A DNA stretch of 64,000 nucleotides from Azolla caroliniana (Eukaryota; Plantae; Polypodiophyta), in NCBI GenBank assembly GCA_043228905.1, contig JBHGNT010000002.1, forward strand, positions 14,756,001-14,820,000. The letters are read 5' to 3'. The notes beneath the pieces are model-generated. The model did not search any database and was not told the origin of the DNA. It saw nothing but the letters and a program-made list of their open reading frames with translations. The first letter of the stretch is position 1. The number at the start of each line of letters is the position of its first letter. Below, in pieces: positions 46,997 through 60,500 of this stretch. Position numbers and translations under genes: made by a program.

Positions 46997-49900
46997 TGTC
47001 GTGACTTGAGAATAGGAGAGAGAAAAATAAGACGACAATAGAAGGTAGAGGGAGAGAGAGAGAGAAAGAAAGAACACTAGAAATGGAAAGAGAGTTTATA
47101 TTATAAGAGAGCAAGGATTACAAAGAGTAGGCTAAGGGGTTACAAACTGGTGTTGAACCGAATGAGTTGTGATGAATGAATAGACACCTATTTATAGGTC
47201 CTTATGGACTATTCTAGAAAGTTCTAGAATATTTTAGATATTTATGATATTTAATATAATAATGTAATATCGTAGAATGTTCTGGAATACTCTAAATATC
47301 TTGTAATAACTAATAATACATTTATCATAACTATACATCATATATGTTAGTATAATGGTTAAAGGTCTGACATATAGACCAAGAAGTCTTGGGTTTGAAT
47401 CCTTGTAAGGCCAAAATGTATGTCGTCATGACATATCCTTGTAAGGCCAAAATGTATGTCTTCATGGCATTATCCCCCCTTTTCGACGACGAGTTCCACG
47501 AGTCGGAAGACAAGATTTTGGACTTGGCCTATGGGGATATTTGTTGTGAAACGCAGCAACCATTTCGGAGGCATTAACAAGATTCTCAAGAGGTTCCCAT
47601 GTTCGATCATTAGGTGTATAACCTAACTAGTCAACCAAATAATACAGTTTGTTGCGAACGATCTTTGAGTCGAGAATGGCAGCAACTTCATATTTCAGAG
47701 CCATCCGAAACTTCGATTGGAGGTGGGGGAGATTTAAGACGGCTTGGAATAGAGCTGGTTGTGTATGGCTCCAAAAGTGAAACATGGAAGACCGGGTGAA
47801 GATGCATATGAGGGGGAAGATCAAGGCGAAATTCCACATCATTGATTGTACCGTATATCACATATGGGCCAAAACGTTGATAATCCAATTTGCAGCAAGG
47901 TCAAGTTGTTTTAATGCGACCTTGTAAAAGCCATACTCAATCTCCCACTTGAAACGTAGTCGATGAATCACGTATATGACGGCCGACAACCTTCTTTTGA
48001 GTGTTTTGAGCATCACATAAATGGTGCAAAAGGATATCTTGAACTTCTTGAAGTCGGGTGAGCCGATCTTCAGCAGTCGGGTTTGTCGGGAGTTCGGGAT
48101 GTTCAAGCATAGTCCAACGAGGATGGTACCCAATGTTTGCAAAAAATGGGGAATATCCAATAGAAGAATGTTCTGAGTTGTTGTAAGAAAATTCCGCCAA
48201 ATGTAATAGATCAACCCAATCATCTTGTTGATAGTTGACAAAACAACGAAGATATTGTTCTAGGCTCACTCTGTCCGTTAGTTTCTGGATGGTAGCCGGA
48301 AGAGAGTTTGTAAGAAGTATGTAAGAGTTTGAACATGCGCCGCCAAAATTTTGAGATGAACTAAGGACCCCAATCACTGATAATATCATCAGGAAGACCA
48401 TGATGCCGAAACACCTCTCACATGAGTAACTCGGCTGTCTCTTGGCTCGTAATGGCCTTTGTGCAAGGAAGAAAATGTGCCATCTTGGTAAAACGATCTA
48501 CTACCGTGAGAATAAAATCAAAACCCTTGGAAGGTGGTAGATCCATAATGAAGTCCAATGAAATAGATTCCCATGGACTCTCAAGAATAGGCATTGGCTG
48601 TAATAAGCCATATGGATGATGTCGAGGTTTTTTGGATTGACAACATGTATCACAACTACGAACATAATCCGTAACAAAATGGCGAAGTCGTGGCCACCAA
48701 TACCTTCGAGAAAGTAATGCCAAAGTCTTGTGGATGCCGAAAGATCCAGCCATTGGTGTGTCATGACGTTGTTGCAAGACTTGGAGTCCAAAAGGACCAT
48801 CAGGCACATATAAGAGATTTTGTCGAAAAAGTAAACCATCATGCCAATTGAACTGGTTGTAGTCTTGATGAGGATTTTCAGATTGTGAACAAGAAGCACG
48901 ATCTAGGATAATATGGTTCAGAATATCTTGGGCGAATTCATCAGTCTCAATATGCTCCCGAATGGAGTCCAAAAGACTTGAATCCCCGGGTGTGTCTATA
49001 GCATGAAAAACCATTAGTCGTAGACGGTTAGGACCCAAGAGGATTTGCTTCTGACTTTCAAATGCGGCCTCTCCTAGTTGAAGTTCCATATATGAACGCC
49101 GAGATAAAGCATCTGCTTTTCCTTGTTGCGTCCCAGGGTGATATAGAATTATGAAGTCAAAATGAGTTAAAAATTGCGCCCAACGAGCTTGTCGACGACT
49201 CAAAACTCAAGCACTTTGGAAGTACGTTAGATTTTTGTGATCATTATAGACAATGATTTGTTGAGACGAACCCTCCAAAAAGTGACGCCATTGTTGAAAA
49301 GAATCCAGAATGGCAAGAAGCTCTTTGTCATGAATCTCATAGTTGATTTCTACAACTTCGAATTTCCGTGAATGAAAAGCCACAGGGTGCAGTTGGCCAT
49401 CATTGCTAATCTAGGATAATACACTTCCTAGTGCGAAGTCCGATGCATCAGCTTCCAGTATAAAGTGTTTCAATGGATCAACATGCATCAAAATTGGTGC
49501 GGATGTAAATGCTTGCTTTAATCCTTCAAATGCAGAGTTTGCATTTATACTCCAGACAAATGGTCGATTCTTCTGTGTCAGTTGAGTGAGGGGCAATACG
49601 ATATTTGAATAATCTTTGATGAACTTGCGATAAAATTTTGCGAACCCTAATAAACATTGTACATCTCGCACAGACTGTGGTGTTTGCCAATCCAAAACTG
49701 TTTGAACCTTTGCTGGATCCATAGAGATGCCATGTGAAGAGACTATGTACCCCAAAAATTCCACTTGACGCTGGTCGAAACTGCACTTCTCCAATTTTGC
49801 ATAGAGACCATATTCACGCAACCATTGTAAAGCTTGTCGAACGTGTATATCATGATCCTCTTGAGTTTTTGAGTAGATCAAGATATCATCCAGGTAAATT

Positions 49901-51690
49901 ATGACGAAAATATCAAGGAAATCTCGAAAAATGTGATTCGCCATATGTTGGAAAACTGCTGGTGCATTCGTGAGACCAAATGGCATCACTGTATACTGAA
50001 AATGGCCATATCGAGTATGGAAAGTAGTCTTCCATTCATCCACAGGACGAATTCAAACAAGATTGTAAGCACCTCGAAGATCTAACTTTGTGAAATACTT
50101 AGCTCCATTGAGGCATTCCAGAAGGCTCGAAATCAATGGTAGAGCATATCGGTTTCGTATAGTTACTTTATTCAATCCTCGATAATCCACAACCAGACGA
50201 AGCAAACCATCTTTCTTCTTAACGAAAAATATGGGTGCGCCGGCAGGAGATCTTGAATGCTGGATAAACCCATTCGCCAAGTTCTCATCGATATATTCCC
50301 GAAGAACCTCTAACTCCGTGGGTGAAAGGTTATAAATTGACCCCCATGGAGGCTCTTCTCTGGGCTACAAATCAACCGGGCAATCATATGGTTGATGCTC
50401 TAGTAGTCTATTGGCCTTCACCTTATCAAACATATTGGAGAATTCTATATATTTCTTTGGTAGTTGGACCCCCGATTCTTGTGAGCTCGATGTGGGAGTT
50501 GCTAAAACTGCAAACACCAACATGTCTTCCTTCCGTCCTTCCTCATGTAATTGATGTATAGAGATTGTCGAAATCTTTTGGAATGTCATATCCTTTGTTG
50601 GATTTTTAAGAGGCTCAGACTGTATTGTGACCTCTTCAATGGTTCTTTTTCTCCAATCAATAGTTGGGTTATGTAGCTCAAACCATGGAAGACCAAGAAC
50701 TAGGGAGTGCTCTGGACTACTAATGATGTTGAATGAGATGAAACTAGCCAAATTGCCTAGGACTACATGAATTGGTTCAGACTCTTCGACTATATCACCT
50801 GATAATATGGGGCGTCCATCAATGACTCCGACTGACACTGGGCTTGGGAGCTTATGCAACTGAATATTATGCATTACAACAAACTCACGATCCATGAAAC
50901 AAGAGTTAGCTCCAGAGTCTAAGAGGGCAGAAGGTGGGACTCGATGGCACCTAGATGTGTTAAGCTCAACTTGTGCAGAGAAAACTCGACTAACTTGACC
51001 TGATGAAATGGAACCACAACTAGGGATGGACGTTACATGCCTAGGGCTGTCCAACCAAATGGCTCCGATTTTGGCCGGACTTACTCGTTCAAGACATCAA
51101 ATGTATTTTTATGACAGGGACTACTAGGCCTACTTGGGTTACGAGAAGGCGGGGCCGAAATTGAGATGGGATTGTCATGAGCACTTACTTGGTTAACTTG
51201 TCATCGTGGTTTATGTGGACAATTCACAGCAATAGGCCCTGGACCACCACAATAGAGGCATAGACGATTCGCTCGCTGTCGTTGCTTTTTAGCATCCGAT
51301 AATGGTCCTCGACGTTGTGTTGTCTCGATTTCCATTGGAGTAGGGCCTTACACCACAGTTGACTTTGATACTTGGGGTGGAGTTGCAACCACCGAAGCAT
51401 ATGTTTCTATTGGTCGGAAGCGTAACATTTGTTGGCGCTCAGAATGCCGCTCAAATAAGCTATTGTCACATCGCACAGCCCGACTTACTGCTTCAGTAAG
51501 AGATTTTGGGTCATCATGGAAGGTAAGAAGTAAATCCTTCACATCATTGCACAGACCTTGATGAAATTGGTTCATTAATGCCGCCTCATCCCATGGAATA
51601 TCACATGCTAGAAGGCAAAAATCTGCAGCATAAGCGGAAGCAGGACGATTTCCTTGTCGTAATCGCCGAATTTTGTTTACTGCACAGTCC
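46997..51690 (-). mobile_element. Ty3/gypsy chromovirus (Tcn1-like), 5'-truncated and decayed; 3' LTR 46997-47469
   Basis: Partial gag (QFHQGL), protease ALLDSGA, RT YLDD, RH DASD, INT SISLDFI, chromodomain YEVAAILDSK...YLVD ~47520-47700; PPT AAAAGGGGGGA 47473-47483. Confidence 0.88.
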
Positions 51691-51699
51691 TCATACTAT

Positions 51700-52435
51700 C
51701 AGTGTAATAGTGAATGCCCTTTGAGACAAGAGTAATTCCAAACATCTAGCACGAACACAAAGAAGACAAGAACACCAGACCACAAAAACGCCGACACCAA
51801 CAAGACACGACCACCCAAACGACGAGCACACGGGTTCGCAACAATAAACGGGTTCGCAACAGTGAACCAACGAGGCTCAAGCTCACGAGCACTGCAAATG
51901 ACCTCAGCACTTCGAGCATCAACACGAAGAAGACGAGACGAGCACGTGGAGATGAGAGAATGAAGTGGTACGAGATGAAGAAGAAAAATGTTGAAGATGA
52001 AGATGAAGAGCTCTGAAAGAAAAATGGCGATAGTGTCCTCCCAAAAAGTCCTCCCCAAATGAGCCCCCCTCGACCTCCTTTTATAAGAAAAAAAGGAAGG
52101 GGGGTCGCCACATTCATCTTCAGTGCAAAAGGAATAAAATTCCTTAAATAACGTTACGTTGTCAAACTAGATTTGAACCATGCACCTTTAGCTAGAACTC
52201 TATATTGTTTAATAAATATATAATTCTCCCCTCTACTTTTCATCTCTCCTCTCTCTTACTCTTCATCTCTCCTCTCTGTTTCACACGAGTTTCTATACCT
52301 CCTTTGCACCCTTCCTTTTCCCTTTTCTTTTGTATGTGCAGAATTAACTACCTTTGTGTGCACACACATTGCACATACACATTTTGACCCCCTTTTACCG
52401 GTTTTTTCCCACACTCGGCACACTACATCATGACA
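51700..52435 (-). mobile_element. B-related LTR (S), U3-side segment
   Basis: Ends CATCATGACA, the reverse complement of the B LTR start TGTCGTGATG with one transition; followed by TCGG and resumed K gag; left edge approximate. Confidence 0.7.
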
Positions 52436-52439
52436 TCGG

Positions 52440-53110
52440 AAGTTGCAGCTTCGGCAAGAGCTCAACAATATCTAACAGAAGGATATGTTTGTGACCGACT
52501 GCACCATGATGATCAAGGAGATCTGTGATGCCTTAGGGTCCATCAATATGTCGGTGGACAAGGAAGAGATGGTACAGATCTGCCTTGGTTGTCTAGCTCC
52601 AACGTACGGGTCGATCTGGATAGTTATTTGCACGAGGGAGAAACCACCATCGTTCTTCAATCTGTAATCAATGCTTATAGTCGAATAAAACCACACAAGT
52701 GCATCAAGAAGCACGTCGTCGGATAAGAAAATGTTGTACATGGGGGTGGATAGGCCTCATGGTCATGGAGAACGCGGTGGAACGACACACAATGGTGGCA
52801 GTTGAGAAGAGGAGAAGTAGAGGCATAGAGGAAGTGCCAACAATAGTGGACCCTCCACAAGCAGGGGGAGTTAGGGTGGTGTTGGAAGTAGGCAAAACAA
52901 AGCCACCAATTGTTGGTATTGTGGGTGGAAGGGTCACAAGGAAAGTAGTGATGGAAGAAGAAGGTTGACTCCAACAAAGCCGAATCAGGCAAAGCATAGG
53001 GAAATCGGCAACAATCGCACTTCGCTGAAGGTACGAAGCAAGAAGGAACGGATTCTACCTTCATAATGAAGCACAAAGCCAACTCGATGAAGACGAGCAG
53101 CTCGAAACCT
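52440..53110 (+). pseudogene. Copia K gag, continuation from 11657
   Basis: KLQLRQELNNI...EICDALGSINMSVDKEEMVQICLG...MKHKANSMK directly continues ASTTTR. Confidence 0.85.
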
Positions 53111-54445
53111 GACAGACTAACAAAATTGGGTAGATTTATTCCTACCAAAACCATGGTAACCGCTCAACAATTGGCTTATCAATTTGTTGATGAGTTATTT
53201 CTTTTAAATGGATTAACGATGGATATTGTTTTTGATTGAGATTCCAAGTTTACTAGTGACTTTTGGACTTAGGTCTTTAAGAAGATAGAAATTACATTGA
53301 CCATGAGTTCCGTAGATCATCCTCAATCTTATGGACAAACTAAACAAGTTAATCAAATTATTGAGGACAAGCTTCGAGCTTATGTAGCAAAAACCCCTTC
53401 TAAGTGGGAGCAATACCTTCTTATCATAGAATTTGCCTATAATAGCTCAAAACATACATCCTTTTGATATAATCCTTTTATCTTGATGTATGGTTTTCAG
53501 CCACGTGCCCCAGTAGATGTCATGATTCATCGTGATACATTAGATAATACGCACAATTTTTTGCAAGACATGAACCAAATGTTGCATATTGCCCAAGAAA
53601 ATGTTCAGACAGCTCAAGATCGTGCCCGATTTTATGTTAATCAAGATAGACGTCCTTGTGCATTTACTGTTGGTTAAAATGTTTTTTTGCGTTTCCCTAT
53701 TGACTCTACGTCATTGTTTACAGGCAAGTGCGCTAAGCTAGCCCCATGATATTGTGGCCCATTTGAAATCCTTAAGTGAGTTGAATCATCTGCTTATCAC
53801 TTTGCCTTACCCCATAACGTTGGTATTCATCCTATTTTTCATGCCAATCGTCTAAAACCATTTTTAGGCTTTGGTGATAACACCACCACAGTCCAAGATC
53901 TTGTAACATTAGAGGATTTTTCTTACAAACCTCATGTTTCAGAACGAAATCTTGATTCTCGTACTAAACTTTTATGCTCTAAAGAGATTCGGCTATTCAA
54001 GATCAAATGGATGGATAAACCTATTGACGATGCCACATGGGAATGTGAGCATACTCTTAAGGCCCAATTTCCTCACTTTATATTGCAAGAGTGCAATCTT
54101 TTGAAGTAGGGGAGTATGTTATGTACACATAACATAGGTGAGGGTAGGTCACTAATATTTACATTAGTGAAGGGTATGTTCACTAATGTTAAAAAGGGAC
54201 TAATGTGATTGGATAGAAGGAATGATAGGTGCATTCACTATCATGATTTCGACAACCAATGAATGGAGAGTCTTTTAGGAAGGCACATCTATTCAAGGGG
54301 CCCAGGAGAGATATAAATATGAGGCTTAGCTACCCTCATAAGGGCATTACGTCGAAGGGTTGTTGTCTTAGACACTGGTGGTGCGAGCTATGCTTTCATC
54401 ACGATGATCATGGTAATCTCTTCCAAGGTAATAATCATCATAATA
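53111..54445 (+). mobile_element. Old chromovirus-type gypsy remnant: integrase C-terminal half, chromodomain-like region, PPT and probable 3' LTR (54117-~54445)
   Basis: DRLTKLGRFIP, HPQSYGQT, EFAYNSS, CGPF, IKWMDKPIDDATWE; AGTAGGGGAGTA then TGTTATG. Confidence 0.72.
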
Positions 54446-54631
54446 TCTGGCGGTATGGGATGTCGGTGGTAGGTTGGCTATGTCTAGATCATAGCTCGGG
54501 GATGGAGGGGTTTTGTTAGGAGTTCACCCTGAGATTTGTGAGAAAGACCGACTATGAAATACACAATAACACAGAAAACAAAAAACAACAAATGCACAAT
54601 ACACAATGTTTAAAGTGGAAACTGATGGTTA

Positions 54632-55978
54632 TGTTGTTCGAATATGTGCAAAAGTATGTATGAGGACCTGTCGAACTATACTCAACAAACAACATAGAAA
54701 GAATGAGAGCCAGAAGAAGAACAAAAGATGGAAGCGCACTTGAGCTTTAATGCAAGCTTTGTTATTCGTGCAACTCTCTCTCTACAAGACTCAAAATTCA
54801 AGAAGTATGTGTTACAACGTTAGGTTTGAGATTATATACTAAGCCTTAACTATTTGGAGGTGTTCACACACACTAGGATAAAAGATGGAAGGAGTCGGCC
54901 TTTTATGCCAACAAACTCCCCCATAAAAATACTACTCTTTCCTACATGTACAAGTGTTTGGGTTATCTCCCCCTAAAACCTAGATTACAAAATTAATCTA
55001 AATTTATATTACAAGTCGGTTGGCGTATAGCCGAGTCAGTAGAGGTAGATTTGATATCTAGCCTGATTCGGCCAGTCATTCGGATTGGTTTGTCCGAAAC
55101 GGTTGGATCATCTTACCTTTTGCTCCTTGCTCAACGCTCTTTGGCCCAGTTGCTTGTTGTAGTCCCATCTTTGTCCTCAGTGCTCTGAAGCATTGATCTG
55201 GGAGTGGCTTCGTCAGGCAATAGACGATGTTCACCTCGGTGTCGATCTTCCAATCTTCAAGCTTCTTCTCGGTTACTAGCTTCTGAATATGATGATACCG
55301 CACCTCAAAATGCTTTTTCTTTGCATGATTATTGATGAGGTGTATTGTGCTTTGTGAATCGCAGTAGATGGTCGGCGTTGGTCGATCAATTCAGCTTGTA
55401 GCTGAAAAGTCGGCATTTCGTCGGTGCCGCCAGATTGCAGTCTTTCAAATCTAGTCGGACTAGGAGAGTTGAACAGTCTTTGTCTTCCAATTTCGCTCAA
55501 TATATGTCGGGCTTGTCCAAATTCCTTCATCGCAAAATTTTCGTGAAGGCCCCGCTTCGTGTTAGCTTTCCGATTTCAGTTTGATTGCTCCCTGCAATCA
55601 GTATCTCGTCAACATAAAGGATCAGATAGATCCGGGACTCTCAGCCAATTGCCGAATATACATACATGGGTCGGAGTCAGATTGGCAGTATCCAAGTTGC
55701 CTGATGTAGGAGTCAAACTTTTGGTACCACATCCTTGGCGCTTGTTTTAAGCCATAAAGGCTTTTCTTCAATCGACATAGGAGGTGACTTTCCTCTCCCG
55801 TCACTATGAAGCTTGCTAGTTGAGAAATATAAATGTCTTCTTCCAGTTCTTTGTGTACGAAAGCCATCTTGACGTCCAGTTGCTCAAGCTCTAGGTACTC
55901 TATCGCCATGACCCTAACTAGGAGATGAAGGGTGGTCATCTTGACTATTGGTGACAATATCTCGTCATAGTCGACCCT
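54632..55978 (-). mobile_element. Old copia remnant: 3' LTR ~54632-54913, PPT 54916-54922, decayed RH/RT
   Basis: DYDEILSPIVKMTT, QLDVKMAF, LKKSLYGLKQAPR, LTKPLP. Confidence 0.75.
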
Positions 55979-55980
55979 GT

Positions 55981-57349
55981 TGTTGTGAGGGTGTATGGCT
56001 GCTAGGGAAAAAGGGCTGGAGAGCACATGAACAAGGGCGTGCATTGGTGCACTCAAAATGTCTTTTGTACAGTCATGTGTAAATAAGTATAGTGGTAGTC
56101 TAAGTGTTGAGAAATACTAGGTAGGAGTGATTCAATAGGTACTTCAAGGCCACACGCTTAGAGAATAATATTAATATTTGACGGAGAGGATTCAGGGAAA
56201 TCTCTATCCAAAAGCAATTGTCTTTATTGGTGATGTAACGGCCTCCCCTTTGTTCTATAAAAAGGGAGGTTTGAGACTACTTTAGGGATTCACATTTTGG
56301 AGAACAAAGTGCTGCAGGACCGAGCTCTGCAGGCTTCCTTCCTATTCTTCGTTTTCCCGTTTTCCTTGTCGTTGTGATGCGAGGCCTCCGTTTTGCGTTG
56401 GTAGCCTGTGTGATCCCGATCGAAGGCTCATTGGTGTCTATGTGTGTTTACAGTCAACTCGAGGCTCATTTTCCGGCCACGACCAATTGTAATCTCTTCC
56501 CATTTCCGCTGTTAATTGTTAAGTCGTTGAGTCACTCCGTGTGTTTTGTATTTCCTGTGTTCTTGTCTCTGGTGTATTCCTGTTGTGTTGTGTGTCTGAG
56601 CGAGTGAGGCTGAGAGCTCGCCGCTACCAACCGCCAACTGGTCCGGAAACATTATGCGTCTCCGAGTCCGGAGCCCTAATCCGATCTGGACCAGACACGT
56701 GAATGCTAACTGATACGGCAAAGATATCCGGACACCACTTTAGAAAACCTTCCTACTCTCACCAACTCCTTGGTTCAAGACCCCCGTGGTTCCGCCCCTT
56801 TTCGACAACTTGGTGAACCCGACGTGTAAGGGGTGGTAGAGGAGTTTGAAGATGAGAGGAAGCCATCTCGCTAATGCCATGGTGGTTGCCATCAACCACC
56901 TAGTGAATGTTTGAGAGAGCACGGGTGACCTTGATAGGGCCATTGAAACGATCGTCGGCAAGATAGGCCGATTTGGTGGGAAGAACACGACAAGCTATCT
57001 TGAGGCCTACCGGGCCAAGATGATAAGGACGTACATCCTGAAGGACAGATGATTGTCTAGTTTTCCCTGGGTGGTGACACCGAGCATTCATACGGAGCTG
57101 CTTGAAGTTCAAGCTTACTGCCAGAATTGGGAGGAGTTCGAAGGACGGCTCCTTGAGAGGTACAGTCTCGATGACTCCCTCCGGCTATCGAAATGGGAGT
57201 TCATGGAGTGGGTTGAGAGCCTCGGAAAGGGGAGGAATACATCAGTGCTCCTCCAGGAGTTCAAAAACGATTCACTCGGCTCTCGACGCTGGACCGAATC
57301 GTGATCGATACGAGCCAGGTCCTACTATTCAACAAGTGGGTAGACGCGC
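55981..57349 (+). mobile_element. tRNA-Trp-primed gypsy-type element M, 5' part (LTR ~55981-56807, PBS 56811-56826, gag-like ~56870-57349)
   Basis: TTTTCGACA-act-TGGTGAACCCGACGTG; ORF DRAIETIVGKIGRFGGKNTTSYLEAYRAKM resembles the B gag; LTR start uncertain. Confidence 0.75.
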
Positions 57350-57555
57350 TGTCGCGAAGATACGACAAATACACATGAACTTGGGGCAGGACCCCAGGTG
57401 TTACCGATTAGGAACACGGTCTATGGTCAGTCCTTCGACCTAGACCTCCAAGTGGCTATGTGAAAACGAATGGTAGTGTCTGTGCGTAATAATTAGTGGG
57501 ATACTTCTCGTAACCTAGTAGTGTATAAGGGAGACGGCTACAACAGAGCTCCTTA

Positions 57556-60500
57556 TGTTGGGAGACAGGTCCCTCCGGATGGGAAGGGCGAAGAACAGTG
57601 CCGACAAACAAACTCGCTGGAGGTATCACTGGATCCGGGAAAGAGTAGATGACCAGGAGTTCGCACTGACGAAGATCCACACGGCCGAGAACGGGTCAGA
57701 TATGCTGACCAAAGTGCTGACACCCGACAAGCTGGATGCATGTCGGAAGAGAATCGGACTGGTAAGGCACCCCATGCCGGAGTGAAGGGGGAGTTTGTTG
57801 GGAGACAGGTCCCTCCGGATGGGAAGGGAGAAGAACAGTGCCGACAAACAAACTCGGCCAAGGCCGAAACGGTATGAGGAGTACCCGGCTACGGAGAGCC
57901 GGATGGTGCAGGCCCGGTGTGAACCGGATGAGGAGTACCCGGCTACGGAGAGCCGGATGGTGCAGGCCCGGTATGAACCGGATGAGGAGTACCCAGCTAC
58001 GGAGAACCGGATGACGCAGACCCGGTGAAGACCGGATGAGGAGTACCCGGCTACGGAGAGCCGGATGGTGCAGGCCCGGTGAGAACCGGATGAGGAGCAC
58101 CCGGTTACGGAGAGCCAGATGACGCAGACCCGGTGAGAACCGGAGGAAGAGACATATTCGTAAATATGTTTCTGAGAGCCCATTGAGGCTATATTTGTAA
58201 ATAGACAAAAAGTCATATTAGTATAAATATGACTTAGGGCAAACTTTTAGTTGTTGCTGTTATTTTCTTTTGTTGGTGCAAGAAGAAGAGTGAGCGCGTA
58301 ACTGTACAGGGAGAGTGAGAGAGAGAACAAGGTCGTTGCCTCTGTTGTAACCGCTGCCTGTGGCGAAGATCGTGAGCACGAGGTCGTTGCCTCCGTGAAC
58401 TCACTGTTTGTACATTCTTACATAGTGACAGTTTGCAGCCTGTGGACTGCCGTGGTTTTTTCCCTTAGTTTGGGGTTTTCCACGTAAACCTCCTGTGTAT
58501 CTTCCTCTTCTTTGTGTCGTGTTCTATTTCCCGTTTTCCGTGTATCATTCTAAGCTCGGTTGAGGCCGAGCGTTGCGCATAAGGAACGATCAGTTCCCGT
58601 CAAGTGGTATCAGAGTGAAATCGACACAGAAAATGGACGAATCATTTGGAGGCATGTTCAAGCTCACCGGCTCGAACTATTCAGTATGGAAGTCGAAGAT
58701 GAGGGACATGCTCGTTGTTAAAGACCTCTGGCTGCCGGTTCAGTTCGGGGACAAGAGACCGGACAAAATCGACGCCGCGATATGGGAGGTGATGCACATG
58801 AAGACAACGGTGTACATACGGTGCTTCATCGACATGAGCCTGTACAACAACTTCAATGAAGAGAGCAAGGCTCATGAGCTCTGGGAGAAGATCGGCATAA
58901 TGTTCCAAAACAAAAATGTTGTTAATCAGGTTTCGGTATTCCGGAAGCTAGTAAGACTCTGGTACCAAGATGGCTCCAGCATGGCGGAGCATATGAATGC
59001 TTTCCAGGGGCTGATACACCAGGCAACGTCATTGGAAGTACCTCTTGCCGATGAAGTATTAGCGCTACTCCTGCTCGGTTCCCTCCCGGATAGCTGGGAG
59101 ACGTTGGTTGTCACTTTGGGCAACGCCGGGCCGGAAGGAAAACGGTTATCCCTAGCAAGAGTAAAGTCGAGCTTGCTAGATGAGGAGGCGCGTAGGAAAG
59201 ACAAAGATACGAGCTCCGACTCCAAAATGCTTCTTACCGAATCAGAACGCAGAAGACATAGAAACCGTAGTCCCCAGAACCGGGAGAAGTCAGGGACACG
59301 GTCAAAGTCAAGGGGGAGGCCTACTTGCTTCTATTTCGGAAAGCCGGGACACTTCCAAAAGAACTGTCGGCATTTCTGTAAAGACAAAGAAACCGACGGT
59401 ACCGATTCGAAGCAAACCCCGGACCAGAAGGGGACGGACCGGAAAGGAACGACAGCAATCGCGGCAAGTGAAGAAGAGTTGATGCTCATCACCGAGGAGA
59501 GTGAGATAAACCTTGCCGGCGACGAGATGACCTGGGTGGTAGACTCTGGAGCGTCGTTCCACCTTACCCCAAACCGGAAATGCTTCTCATCCTACTCAGC
59601 CGGTGACCACGGCTGTGTCCGGATGGGGAATGAAGGTACATGCCAAATTATCGGCATAGGAGACGTGTGGCTGTCAACACCAACCGGATGCAAATTGCTG
59701 CTGAAGGATGTTCGACACATTCCGGAGGTTCAACTGAACCTGATATCAGCCGGTCGGCTAGATGATGAAGGCTACACGGGTAGCATACGGAATGGTGTCA
59801 TGAAGTTCAGCAAAGGGAGCCTGATTGTGGCTCGGGCCCGGAAGGTCAACACGTTGTACCTGATGAATGCTCGGTTATGCCCGGAAGAAGTGAACGTGGC
59901 ATCCGACACTGCCGGTGAGCTGTGGCACAAGAGGCTGTGTCATATGAGCGAGAAGGGGATGAAGAGGCTTGCAGAAGACAACCTTATTCCAGTGAAGAAC
60001 GTGCACTTAGAGAAGTGCACTAATTGTCTGGCCGGTAAGCAGAACCGGACCTCCTTCCGACCAAGGCCACCGATGAGACGTAATGCACCACTGGAGTTGG
60101 TGCATACGGATGTGTGTCAAGTAGACACGAAGTCACATGCCGGAGCGCAGTACTTCGTGACGTTCATAGATGACCACAGCCGGAAGTTGTGGGCCACACC
60201 GTTGAAGACAAAGGATCAGGTGTTATCCGTCTTCAAAGAGCTCCACGTGAGAGTGGAAAGAGAAACCGGCCGGAAGCTGAAGGCGGTTCGAGCAGATAAC
60301 GGAGGAGAGTACCGGGGGCAGTTCGAGGAGTACTGTCGCTCGAAGGGAATCCAGCTCGAATTTACCGTGCCGAAGATGCCGGAACTAAACGGACTGGCCG
60401 AGAGGATGAACCGAACCATAATGGAGAGGGTCCGGAGTATTCTAGCGCATGCAAAACTACCCAAGAAGTTTTGGGTTGAGGCACTGTCGACGACGACATA

